Of a stretch of DNA of 64,000 nucleotides, positions 49,867-62,604 are shown piece after piece. The stretch covers positions 1,673,387-1,737,386 of the forward strand of contig NW_003314294.1 of NCBI RefSeq assembly GCF_000143415.4, written 5' to 3'. Position numbers and translations under genes: made by a program. The notes beneath the pieces are model-generated. The model saw only the letters and a program-made list of their open reading frames with translations. It was not told the DNA's origin and ran no database searches. The number at the start of each line of letters is the position of its first letter. The first letter of the stretch is position 1. This DNA comes from Selaginella moellendorffii (lineage: Eukaryota; Plantae; Lycopodiophyta).

Positions 49867-52800
49867 TTAATGAATCTCACCTTGAACCCGAGTTATGAAT
49901 GCTCTTGCTGCATCTCTTGCATGGTCTGGCAAGGTGATGGTGGCACTCTGCTTCCGCATCCAACCATGCACAACATTATCCACCGATATGCTCATGCTGG
50001 GATCCCTTGGATTCAGCACCCATCTCTTTTCTAGGCAATCCTTCGTATATCCGGAACTTGGCTTGAACCACTCCACAGTTACATTGAAGGAGTTAGTTTC
50101 CGCGTCCTCCTCTGCATCAGTGATGCAGCGCCCCACCCATATCATTTGTTTTTTATGACTGGGTCTGACAAGCACGACCATTCCTTTGCAGACCTGTACT
50201 GGATTGAATGCTGAATCCGGCTTCTTGTTCCTCGGCCCACAATAGTGATCCTCAACATCGTTATCTGTCACTGCATTTCCAGAGGACATTGTTCCGCTAC
50301 TATCTGGTGCTCTGGGTTCTGGCCAAAAGGACTCTTCCAATTCTTCATATACAACCGGCCCATTTTGGATAGCAGATATAATCTTCTCCCAGTATTCGAG
50401 CAAAGGCTTGCACCTCTGAAAATAGGATTCTCCACCAAACACCAACCCCCTCTTCCAGAAGGCAATATGCTGTCTAATCCCGGCCACTATACTTTCCTGG
50501 TCTTTGAGTCCATCCGGGTGCATCGGCCGTGGGGAACCCTGAGGAATCATAGGTTCCCCAGTTATGGGATCTCTCTTGAAGAGTTCAATGCCGTCCACTG
50601 GCAGCCACACTGTGTCCCATTCTCTCATCTTGTACCTCATCACTGGAGCACCGTCACACATGCTGAAATGAAACTGAAGAGGCTTGGAGTGGCCAATCAG
50701 CGTTTCGGATCCATCCCTGATGTAGCCTCTTACAAACCCCTTAAAGTCTGGAACCTCTGTCAGAAGTGCAGCTTCAACAGTGCCTTTGATGCAATTTTGG
50801 AATTCATCGTAGAGTTGTGGGAGGGTGAGGACATTGGATCGCCGGAGGGACTCTGCCAGGTGACTGAACATGGCATCGACGTCTTCATGAGTGTGCCCAA
50901 CCATGAGAAAGCCAAGTGTAACCGTTTCAAATATGCCTTTGGCAACAAGCATCGCCAAGTACGCGAAGACGTACATGTTTTTGTTCTCACTGCCAGCATT
51001 GTCTGTTTGGAGCAGAAGATGGGGTGGAAGGCCACATCGGCCGCAAGAACTTCCTTGAGATTCTGCTTCGTTTGGATGAGGCTGTGCATTCACCGGGCGA
51101 CCAGCCTCGTCGGAATGGCATGAGGCCTCACGTGATAACCCTACAATCTGACGGCCAACATATTCACTGGGATGGCATGGGGCCCCACGCGATACTGCAA
51201 GCCTTTGCTCCTCCTCCAGCTGAACCCTGTATGGGGTTCGATCGACAAGGGCCTTATGCAAGGGTTGGCCGTTCAGCTCAGTCTGCGCACTTTGCAGAGA
51301 CCTTAAGTGTTTTGCTAGGGACGCAATCATCATGTTTGCACCCCCGCCACCCCATAGAGGTACAAAGAAGTTCCCATAGTTCTGGGCACCATGCCCATGA
51401 GCGATTATGCCAAACAGAGACACAGGCAGCTGCATGGATGAAGAGATTGTCTTGGGGGCAGGATTGAGTCGAGGTAAGCACGTCTTTTTCTGGTCCATTT
51501 TGTCGTGGATGATGCAGAGGTAAGAGTCAGGTCTCTCCATGGAGAGAATCCTGTTATGATAATATGCAGTCCTGCAGCTTCTCTGCTCGATGTTGTGGTC
51601 GAGCCGCCTTCTAACCAACGTCTCTCGCTCTTGAGCGCTGCAAGAATTCTTCGACAAAGCCATTTTGATAGCAGTGCACTCGTCACACTTTGAAAAGCTG
51701 GAGTACTTTCCTATACTCACATCCCTGAACCTGTTGCTCCACAATCTACTAAATCTAGATTGGCTCAGCTTCCTGTAGCCATTACTCTGGAGTTCCCGAT
51801 TCACATCTTCCAATATGGCCCCCTTGGTATACATGGAAGGGAGAACTCGTTGGGTGTCTCGTGTTCCATCTTCCAAGAGGCGGGTTTTATGTGGTTGCTG
51901 CTCGCTACATGTCTCGACAAACCTCTTGAAGATTGCCTCTCCATATACAACATGACCCCTGGTTTTGTGCGTACCGTCGTTCCCATGGACTGCCTGTTGA
52001 ACCCTTTGTTCCTCGAACTCAGTTTTGATTCTGTAGAATGTGGTTCAAGGGACTCCATAAATGATTCTCCATGCCTTCATGCAGACCAAACCCCTCTGGA
52101 AGACCATGCCCCCCACCTGATGTTCTGAAGCATCAACAGATGACCGTAATGCCTCATACACAAAATTGCGAGCTGCCTTCCAGGACAATGTCTTGTATCT
52201 TGCTCTCTCCTCTTCAATAGCATCCCAATCAGCATGTTGACAGCACCTCCTCTTGCAACAAGCAACTGTCGAGACCATTCGAACCTCCATCGCCATTTTC
52301 TGCCTTTTCGGTTCGTTGCTCAGATCCCTTTGGCTGCGCTTTAGGAAGGTGTACTTTCTTTTCCCATGAAGAGATGTTCTGTCATCAGTTGTAGTGGTGT
52401 TTGATTGTGAATCCTTCACATTCTCAAACACTAAGTGCCTCAATTTCAACTGCACAATGCTTCCAATAGTCAGACTGTTTTCTTCTGTGTCAACAACCTC
52501 TAAAATCGCAACTCCAATATCATCCCAGCCCAATTCTTGATTAGCAACCGCATCTCTTGGATCGACAACTGTGGCTAAGCCCTCAGCTACCACCTCCCCC
52601 TCGGGGTTGTTTAGAAACACTTTTGCCTGAATCCATATAGCACGGTTCTTAAGATCCACGGAGGGAACATGCGTCGCACTTGCGCTGTCCCCAACATCTG
52701 CTTTCTTCTGAAGATTTTTCAAGGCAACAACAACATTTACCCCGACGACCATCTCTCCTCGTTCAATAGCGACCACATTCCCATCGAAGACAGTCTCTAC

Positions 52801-52935
52801 TGATACAGCAGCATTGCCTTCCCCAAGCCTTTCACAGTGTATAACAAAGTTCCGATCCATAGACACAAGGGTCCCTTTTGCAACTCTCTTCCCACCATTC
52901 AAAATGTAAACCTTTTCCCCAACCCTGAAGGCCAT
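49867..52935 (-). pseudogene. Near-intact ~1,022-codon Sola-like DDD transposase with one premature TGA (52045-52047)
   Basis: ORFs 52045..52935 and 49867..51876 are in one frame and the gap between them is open. Motifs: CCKRRCC, VCMKAWRIIYGV, HGN, FSKCDEC, IIHDKMDQ, LQTDNAGSENKN, GHTHEDVD. Splice acceptor just before the ATG. Confidence 0.88.
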
Positions 52936-54266
52936 TCTGAAAGTGCAGAAAAGAAGTTAAGACCATACAAAAAATGATTGGAGAATGGCCTAAATCATAA
53001 CATACCAAACAACCTCAATAGCATGAGGCCACATGCCATTATTCAAACATGCTATTGACACCCACGTGAAATTTCGCATTCACAAAATTGGCATGAGGCC
53101 TCATGCCATCTTGATATACACACAGCTGCAGGCAAGTAAAAACATACATGACAATACGCTAGCCATGAAATTGCAAGGGCCCAAGATGGCATGTGGCCTC
53201 ATGCCATTTCTAAATGTGGTCCTAAGCCATTCCATGGTGAACATACCAGGAAGCACAAGTGCCGAATATCAAGAGGAAGCGGTAGCCACACCAAAGACAG
53301 TGCCGCTCGCAACACCGCAACTACTCGTAGCGCCGCTCGCAACACCGCAACTGCTCGTAGCGCCGCTCGCACAAACTGCCACTCGCATAAACTGCCGCTC
53401 GCAATGGCGCTCGCAATGCCGCAACCGCTCGTAGACGCATAAACCACAGCCCACAACGCCGCTTACACAAGCAGCGCTCACTGCGCTCAGCGGAACCAAG
53501 AACACGGCGCACAAAAATGATAGACCTAGGAATGAGTTCGAGAATTCAAAAATAACACACGCTTGAACGTCACATCAAATCCTCTGACAAACCAGATCTT
53601 ATGATTCCTCTGACAAATTTCAAACTGAGTAGCTTCTAGACTTTGCTGTCGGAGGTTGAACTTTGTCACATCATGTCCTTGCCTCGATCCAGCTGTGCCA
53701 TGTCAGTGATTCGAACTTTGCCATGCCATGTCAGCGATCCGCGCCAAGATTATTCGCCGTGTAAAGGAATAATTACGCTGTGTGTGTACGTCCATTTATG
53801 GCAATATAAGGCCACACGCCATTCAAAGAATAATGCTCGACATAAGGCCACACGCCATTCAAAGAATAATGCTAGTCGAGCATTTTTTGGTGCATTTTTG
53901 GGTTCAAAATTGCATGAGCCCACACGCTATAAAGTTTACCTGTACCAAAAATAGAAACAACTTTATTTACTTGGGAATTTAAGTGGTTGAGGCATTTTTA
54001 AACTTACAAACACATGCCCTACTTACATTCCTTTGGTTGCCTAAAATTCAAAAATATTATAAACCTTTCTTTTTGCATTTTCAATGTTTTCAATTATGGT
54101 TTTTGATTTTCGTAGGACCAGCCTAGTAATCTATTTGCATCCCGTCATGTTTATAGCTAGCTTTCGTTCGTCCCCTTCGCTAGCCTGAGATACATCTGCT
54201 CGGCATCTGCCTCTTACAGCATTTGCCCAGAAATGGCATCTTTCTTCACGCAGCATTTGCCACATG

Positions 54267-54299
54267 TTTAGGGTTTAGGGTTTAGGGTTTAGGGTTTAG
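54267..54299 (+). repeat. (TTTAGGG)4.7 telomeric/telobox tract
   Basis: Read directly. Confidence 0.9.
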
Positions 54300-57296
54300 C
54301 AATTCAGTAGCTTGATAAACATGCAAATACAGAACTTGATGCAAAATCCTTTGATATGTCACAATGCCCCTAGGACCATAAACACATTTCAATAGAGAGG
54401 GTCCTTTCATTTCATAACTCCTTACGTAGATCTTGGTGAAACCAGAGTTAGTGAAGTTAGTTTCTTGTGATCCCGCATCTGATTGTGATGTCCCTTTGCA
54501 GTTTCGATGGAAAGGTCAATGCACACCAAACTGTGAAATCTTGGAGCAAAATAACGGTCGGATCTATGGCAAATGCCCCTGAAACATTGTAAGGCTCGTG
54601 TGGTCTCATGTGGTGTCCGATTGAGATGCTTCTTTGCAGGGTCATCAAGAAAGACATTGTATACCATTCTGTAAAATCTAGTTGCGATCTAACGGTTGGA
54701 TCTTCAGAAAACTCAAAAAAATCTCGCGCGTGTCAGAATATCCTAGGAATATACTCCTATGTGCCCCTGAAAATGGCATGCGCCCCCACGCCATTCAAGA
54801 GATAATGCCAGATGACGCCGAGAATTTTTTGGTGCATTTCTTGGGTTCAAAATTGCATGAGCCCACACGCTATAAAGTTTATCTTTGCCAAATAGAGAAA
54901 AGTTTATCTGTGTCATGTGAGGTAGTTACAGTCCTTTGTGCTCGGCATCTGCCTCTTGCAGCATTTGCACTGAAAGGGAATTTTTCTCCATTCAGCATTT
55001 GGCCCTGAAAATGGCATGCGCCCACACGCCATTCAAGGAATAACGCCACAGGACGCCTGGATTTTTGGGTTTAAAATGTTTAGAGTTTTTTGGGTTTTTT
55101 CAAAATATTTTGGGTCCAACGTTTTTTGGGTTTCTTTGGTTCAAAATTGCATGAGCCCACACGCTATAATATTGATTTGAGAGAAAAATAGAAACAGATA
55201 GAATTTCTTTATTTAGCTGAACATCTGCCATTTTTGGAAATACAAGATGCTTTGGAATATCCAATCATGCATGGTATAAATATAGCGAGGGTATTAAATG
55301 ATATCCCAATCATGATCTTTCTTTTGGATTTCGCGTGCATGCAGTCCGAGGAATGATGACGTTGCGGATTTCTTTTGGATTTTGCGTGCTTGCATGCGCG
55401 CGGCAATCCAGAAATTAATGGTGGCGCCCAAGTCCGAGGAATGATGACGTGGCGGGATTACCAACCGTTGTGACATTTCGCGCGTGTGAGGTTAGGTTTT
55501 GCATTTTGCTTTGTACTCGCGCTCGCACACTCGCGCTCGCGCTCGCATCACACTCGCGCTCCCGCTCGCATCGCGCTCCCACTCGCGATCACGCTCACTT
55601 CTCTACAGGTTTCTCGTGTGCATCGGCGTCCACTCGCGCTTGCATCACACTCGCGCTCGCATCGCGCTCGTGTGCATCGGCATCCACTTCAAGACACACC
55701 CAGTTTGTAACTTCGCCGCCAACTCCGCCGCCCACTCCACCACCCACACGCAGCCCACTTGGCGTCCTGGGAGATTTCAGCACCACTCTCCAACTGTAAG
55801 TGGCAGAGTAGCCTTGCTGCTACGATCCGCTGCACACACAGTGCACATTCGCCAGCGAGTCCGGCCTCGATTGTCACAGCCTCCATTCGGCTTCAAATGG
55901 TAAGTCTTTTAGACGAAGTAGAAAATGGCATGAGGCCACATGCCATTCAGTAGCAACATTGGCATGCACCGATTGGGCTCTCGAGTGCAGTCCGGTTACA
56001 GATGGCGTGTAGCCTCACGCCATCTTAGGATGCAGCCTCAAGACATCTGATGCAGTGGTGAATGGCGTGTGGCCTCACGTTATTTCCAGCTGCTAGCTTT
56101 TCATCTGTCAGCTCTAATTGTTGTGCATTTTTGAACAGGCGAGGAATTGCGTTCTTCTTCCAGCCACTGTCAATGTGGATGCAGAGAAGGGGGAGGAGCT
56201 CACCAGTTGGACTTTCGGGATGGAAGGCGAGGATCTGATGCTGTACAACACAGATGGTAGGAGAAAAGAATGCATGGGGATCCTCATCCAAGTGACAGAC
56301 ACTCCATGCAGTTCCATGCAAGAATATGGACTGGCACTTGTGGTAGAGACAGCGTCCGCCTTCAAGATCCACCTTGCACATCCTAGCGGCTTCCCGGAGG
56401 GGGGCAGCGGCTATGAGGAATTCCTAGAGGGAGCTAGGGAGAGGTTGTCCAGGAGGCCCACAATTTCAAAGACGCTGCGGGTCTATGAAGATCACATGGA
56501 ATCCACGGACCTCACCTACGGCGATGTTCAAAAACTATATTCCAACATTGAGCCGTTGAGAGTGCCTCCAGTTTGCGAAGCGAAGGGGAAGGGGGTCGAT
56601 CTGGAAACTACCCCGAAGCAGAAATGGGTGGTCAAGCTCAAGCCGACGTCCGACTCTGCTGCTCCAAAAAAGAAGCTACTCGGTGATGCCATTGCCTCGG
56701 GTTCGAACACTACACCCACCAAAAAGAAGAGCCGCAAAGAGCAGAAAGAGCAAGAAGAGGCAGCAAAAATCGTCGCAGATAATAGTACTTGTTACTATTC
56801 CAACAAAGTATATACAATCGACGTGAGCCGTATCGAGATCCAAAGCAAATACAACCACAGGCTAGTATCTGATGAGTGGGTGGAGAAACTGAAGCAGAAG
56901 ATGCTGGCAAGTCCAGTAACACCCGACATCGCAGACGTGATCCCCTACTACCGAACAATGAAGGGCGAGACGAGGTTTCCAGACTTGATCAATAGGAAGG
57001 TGTTGGACGATCAGAACATCCGGTTCTATGCCGTCTCCGGGCAGCATTCTAGCTTGGCGATGCAACAGATAGTTGTGGATATTATGGTGGGCGAGGAGGT
57101 GAAGAAAGTCTTCAAGACAAGAGTTGTCCGCCTGATAAAAGGCAACTCGCCCCTCCGATCTATCATATACATCTCCCACGCGCAGAATGTCAAGCAAGAA
57201 ACGTGCTACAAATCGGGTCTGCACGAGACATTGGCACGAACACGGAAGCTCTGGGTTCAACTGAAGAAGCCACAAAAACCAGGACAAGGACGTGCA

Positions 57297-58442
57297 TGTC
57301 GCGCATGTGACTTCGGGTATCGAAAGTTACCTGTCGACCAGTCCTTACGGACACTCTTACCTTACTGCCACGATGGCAGGAGGTCGGTATTGCTGGACCC
57401 TTTATCAGTCCCTCTTGTGCTAGTGGAGTTAACTGGGCATTTCGAGTGTACTTAGACCGGACGAGCATAAGGACGGAATTCCTACGTGTTATTAGCTAAG
57501 CATACTTAGCCCGGTAAGGAGTTCCCGTCTCGTTTTGTCTTGCACTTGCTAGTGACAAGAACCCTCGCGTATTGAGATTAGTCCCTCAATATCGCTACAT
57601 GATAGCTTACCGTGTCTGCCAAACACCCTCGCTATCATGCCCTTTGTGTTAGTCTCATTTCGGTCCCAAATGCTATTTATGGAAAGTGTCCAGATTTGCT
57701 CATTTGGCATATCTACGGAATGTAGAGATCGTTTTGAACACAATGGTGTTCGTCCCGTGTCCAAATTCGCAATCTAGGGACATTCCATATTTAGTAAGTT
57801 TCAAGCTTGTCCCAGAGACTAACTCCTGATACTAAGGGAGGCTTGGGGTGAAAGCCCAAAGCGTGTGTTCCTCAAGGGGGGGGGGCTGTGGGGGGTTCCA
57901 AATGTATAGTAGGGATAGTGGGTAGGTCGGGCATGGCCGACCAACCTGAGGCATAGTCTAGCTCCCGCTTGCGTGCCTGTCCTTGTTCTGCGTCCGGCTT
58001 GGGTCTAAGCCCAAGTTCCATTCCATGCTAGTTGGTGGAGTACCCATGTCCTCGCGTTAGGCCACCGGTATGCCGAAATAGCGCCAGACTCCGTTTGGCT
58101 CCGTTTTGCGTGCTGGTCCTGGCATTGGGATGCTGGTTACTCTAGGACTGTTCCAAGTCGCTCCGGGCTCCTGTCCCTTCGCTCCTTGGGCTTTACGCTT
58201 GGGAGTTGCTCCGTGGTTCGGTTCCATCACTCCTTGGCTTCGTGCTTGGGAGTTTGGCACCGTTCCTTTGTTCAGTGGCCCAAGGCCCTGAACCTCGGGT
58301 TCCTGTGGACACGTGGCATGGACACGTGGCATGTGACACGTGGCATCTGTCACGTGGCACAAAGAGGGTTTAGGTTCCGCTTCGTGGTGTTATCCTATGG
58401 TAAATCACCATAGGATAAAGGGTCAAAACCACGTGCGCTACA
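57297..58442 (+). repeat. 5' LTR
   Basis: TGTCGCGCATG...GTGCGCTACA; repeated at +5308. Confidence 0.95.
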
Positions 58443-58444
58443 TT

Positions 58445-58456
58445 TGGTATCAGAGC
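58445..58456 (+). promoter_or_regulatory. Primer-binding site, tRNA-iMet
   Basis: TGGTATCAGAGC two bases after the LTR end. Confidence 0.93.
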
Positions 58457-61400
58457 ATGAGTCTCAGCGAGTACTATTCAATGAGATTGGGCAACTAGTC
58501 TCGTTGCATACGCAGAGATGAAAACGATGATCCGAGTGGGTACACGTTTGGTGCAAAGGGTTCGCAATTGTTCCTTGAGTATGGTTTTGGTTACCTTTTG
58601 TACCTAATAATGTGAGCTTGCTCTTGGGCTCATAGGATGGATTTGAGGTGTTCCATTTGCACGAGTTTGAGCTTGGGCTCGTGAGTGAGGCGCATTAGCA
58701 ACTTGAGGTTACACTCTGAGTTGGCAAGATTAATGTTAGCCTATCGGTGGTTTCATGAGTTGTTCCTTGTACCGTGGGTAAAAGCAAACCTTCCTTGAGT
58801 TTGCTATGAGTGGCAAATAGGCTGGTCCATAGCTGTTTAGCACGGCACTAGTGGATCCTTCCTAGGCATGGTTACAAGTGGATCAGTCAAGACTGTAGGG
58901 AATAGTCTATTGGTTCAAGTAATCATTGCCGTGCTCTCTCATAAACTTTTCTTCGATTGAACTGAAGGCAGTGCGAAAGCAAGCTTGAGGTTTGGTCAAA
59001 GATGAGACCGAAAAGAGAGTCATCGAGGACGGAGGATCAAATACGTAAATCATTTTCTCTTCTTGGAGAGATGATTTGCAACAAGGTGTTAACTCATTGC
59101 TTGTGTTCACATTATGCAATCAAGAGTCCCTACCTTGATGCATGTTGGAAGTGATGGTCTTACAAGTGGTGAGTTATGGGATGGATAGTGGTGAAACACT
59201 AAACCATTTTGTCTAGGCTCGCTATTGAAAGACTTGGGTTGCAATGCTCAATTCTTTTCCGGGGAAACTTGCTATTGCTCCTTGAGTAGCTTGGTGTTGG
59301 ATTAGTGTTGAGTTTGGTCGGAAAGAGAGTGGCATGAGCTTGTCCGTGTTGTGAACAAAAGTTAGTGGTGTTGGGTATCGTAAACCTCTATTGGTGGAGT
59401 GTGGCATTTATATTGCATTTTGTCGAATTGAGTTGACACTTGATATTCACATAAACCTTTGCAGTAGTGACATGGGCATTGCTCATAGTGTTGCTTGATT
59501 GATGATCAAGTCATTGTGATTTATATCATATCCATGTGATAATGAGCAATGTGTTTACGAAGTTGCTTGGTTAAATGATGATCAACCCCAAAGTGGTTGA
59601 TGGTGAAGCTAGTCTACTTGCACGAAGTAGCATTGTAGTAGCTTTGACTGGATTCTCGATGGTGGTCCATTATGCTAAGCTTAAGTTGGTTCCTTGTTCC
59701 TTGAAGGTTTGCCCATAAGGTGTTGGAAAGGGTTGTAGCATTCATTTGCTATAGCTCAGTAGTTGATCCGTTAACACTTGGAGTAGATTGTTGGATGGAG
59801 AAAGTGTGTAGTTGAAGCATTGACATTGCTAACACTTGTGTTAGTGGAAGTGGCATTGTTGTTTCAAGTGATGAGGATTTTCCTTAGAGCTTGATTTTCC
59901 ATGTCATTTTTCTTGTTAGTGTTTTAGCTTCACATTGGATCTTGAAGGTGGTTGAAGAAGAGTGTTAGTGCAATGTGGATATCCGAAAATGTGGTCTTCG
60001 TGATCAAGCCTTGGATGTTCCATTTTGCATTTTGCGGATGTCAGAGTTGGATGTCGAAAGTATGGCCAAGCATATAACTTAGTAGCGTGAGTTTAGTGTT
60101 TGGGTCTTGTGAAGGCAAGTTGAAGAGTGATTGTTTGTTGCTTTGCAACTAGTGACTGCTTGTAGACTTCGTCAAAGACCTCTGATACTTGCTTCACTCG
60201 ATGAAGATTTAGCAGTGGTGGGCTTGCTTTACCGGATGGTGTCGCGGAGGATCGTGTCGTTAGACTTACATGGGTTTTCCATGTTGGCATATCGACTTTA
60301 TCTTCTGTTGATATCATTTGGTTGCGTTTAGTTCGTGGTGTTGGATTTCATTGAGTCTTGGATGTGGTGATTCACTCCTTGATGAAGTGTTATCTATAAC
60401 TGAGTATTATTAGAGGATTGGTCTCGGTTACTAATTAAAGTATCTTCGACCTTGGTTAGCTTGGTTGCTGGAAAGCTCCGAGTGGTGATTCACTCATGCT
60501 TTCTTCTAGCTTTGTTTTGGTGTTGATGGCATTAAAGTGATGCTTTGTCATTGACATTGTTGATATTGAGATCTGAGTGAAATGAGATATCCTTCCTAGG
60601 ATTGATATTGAGTTTCATTAGTCTTGATGAATATAGTGTTGATGATTTGGCTATAGCTTTGTGTTGTTGGCATTCGTGCATTTGCTAGTTAGCAACTGTG
60701 TTGACGTTCAAACGAACTGAGTGGCAAGTTTGAGTTAGTTGTGTTCTAAACGAGATTATTTAGTAGGGGTTGAGCTTTGAGCTTTTCCTTGAAAAGTGAT
60801 TCAGTCGTGAACGATGCTAACTCTACAAGTGGAAGAGTTAGTGATTGATATTAGAATGTTTGAATCCTTATTGGATTTGAGTTGGAATATATCGATCATT
60901 GATGATTTTTCTTGTGCTTGTTATGATGTGAGTTACGTCTTGCTATAGATGGATTCATGGAGGATCGTTTGATGATCACTTGTTGAGCATAGCTTTGTTA
61001 TGCTTAGCTTTTGGATTGATGCAGACATGCTCTTCATTAGCTTTGCATTATGAAGTTTAGCTTATGGATGTGTTAAAGAGGATATTGTGGGTTGCACCAT
61101 GATTTCTTCTTTAGCATTGAAGTTAGCTTCTATGAAACTTGTGATCATTGTTAGGAAAGACTTAGCTATAGACTTCTTCGAGCTTTTGGTTCTTTGAGCT
61201 TTATGCTCGTTGTTCCATTTGTTAGAAGTTGTTGGGGAGGGCATTTTGGCTTGTTAGCTTCGATGAAGTTAATATTTGCATCTGGCAATCATTGGTGATG
61301 ATTAATTATCATCTAAGATAGTTGATTATCCTTGTCAAGAGTTTTGCTTGGTTGTTGTTGATATAGAATGATTCGCTGCTCTTTGAGATAGTGGATTCTT

Positions 61401-62592
61401 TCTTAGCCGATGATTATGCATCTCTTTATTGATGGGATGATTGATGATCTTTCGTGATAGTTAGTTGTTCTCTTTGATGGCTTGTGGCTTTTTGCAATAT
61501 CACATGTTCTTTGTGATTTGCTCTGGATTGGTCTCTTGGGTTTGAGACATCAAAAGGATGTTGCTAACACTTGCTTAGGCAACTTGAGTTCCTTAGTGTT
61601 GTTGGCTGGGATCTATTTGGATTGGCTAGTGTGATAGTTGGCATGAATGGGTGTTTGTTGGTTTTACCGCATTCATTCTGTTCTGTTGATTATTGCTCGA
61701 GTTAGTTCTGATAGGTTGGGATGTTATTTCCTTCGGGTGATACATTCGCGAGCATTGTGCCTGTCAGTCAATGATACTTTGTGTTCTTTGAGTTATCTCT
61801 AGTAAGTTGTTGGCTTACTGTCTGCTATCTTTGATAGTTATGTTTTATCATTAAGTGTTCTTGATGATACACTAGCTATTGAATTTTGTTGGATAGTGAA
61901 TCCTATGTTTACCAATTATGATGATCTTGGTGGTTCCTACACTATTATACTGGTTTATCGGATGATAACTTGCTTGGAATACTTTTGTGTTCTAATCTAA
62001 GATATACTCACTGATAATTAAGACTCTAAGATATCATTGTTTACGACTTTGATATTGTCCATCTATTGATCTTTGAGTTTGGGCCAGTATAGGCAGACTG
62101 GCTTCGGCACTTCGTGTGCATGTTGAAATCTCTAGTCATGGGGTAGCTACTGTTGACTGGTCACATCACCCGCCTCTCTGTCGATGTTCCTTATTCCGTT
62201 AAAAGGGCGTGACCGTGTAAACAACTCTAACTGCCTGTTTACAGTAGTCTATCTAAACCTTACCGACGGGTTTGGTTTCTTTGCTTAGGAGGGTTGGGGC
62301 CTCTGGCTTCTCTTTCTATGTTCCTGCGGGCAGGGGAATATCACACTTTTGTAAACTGGGTGACTCCCAGAGCAGCAAGGGTGGCTAACTCCGTTGGTCA
62401 TTTCCTTGTCGGCGACGGCCGGAAGGTGTCTGAGCTGGTAGCGCATCCGCGTTAGACAAAGAGGTTGTTCCTTAACTCATTTAAGTTGGTGCATTTCTCA
62501 CATAGTGTGAGTACCGTGAACTTTTTCTGGAGTTGTTTCCTTGGCGGTATTCTAGACTCGAGTATGCATCGACGAGGACGTCGATCTTCCCT

Positions 62593-62604
62593 AGGGGGGG
62601 AGAG
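62593..62604 (+). promoter_or_regulatory. Polypurine tract
   Basis: AGGGGGGGAGAG immediately before the 3' LTR. Confidence 0.9.

Noticed and set aside
50245-51123. 292-aa plus-strand ORF, and the 202-aa ORFs at 3484, 12459 and 21453
   Set aside because: Antisense to the transposase or cargo exon, with no independent motifs.
54267-54299. True telomere or chromosome fusion point
   Set aside because: Only 3-5 units and positionally conserved inside the transposon.
57820-57870. Possible hammerhead ribozyme (CTGATA...GAAA) in the LTR
   Set aside because: No CUGANGA core or compatible stems visible by eye.
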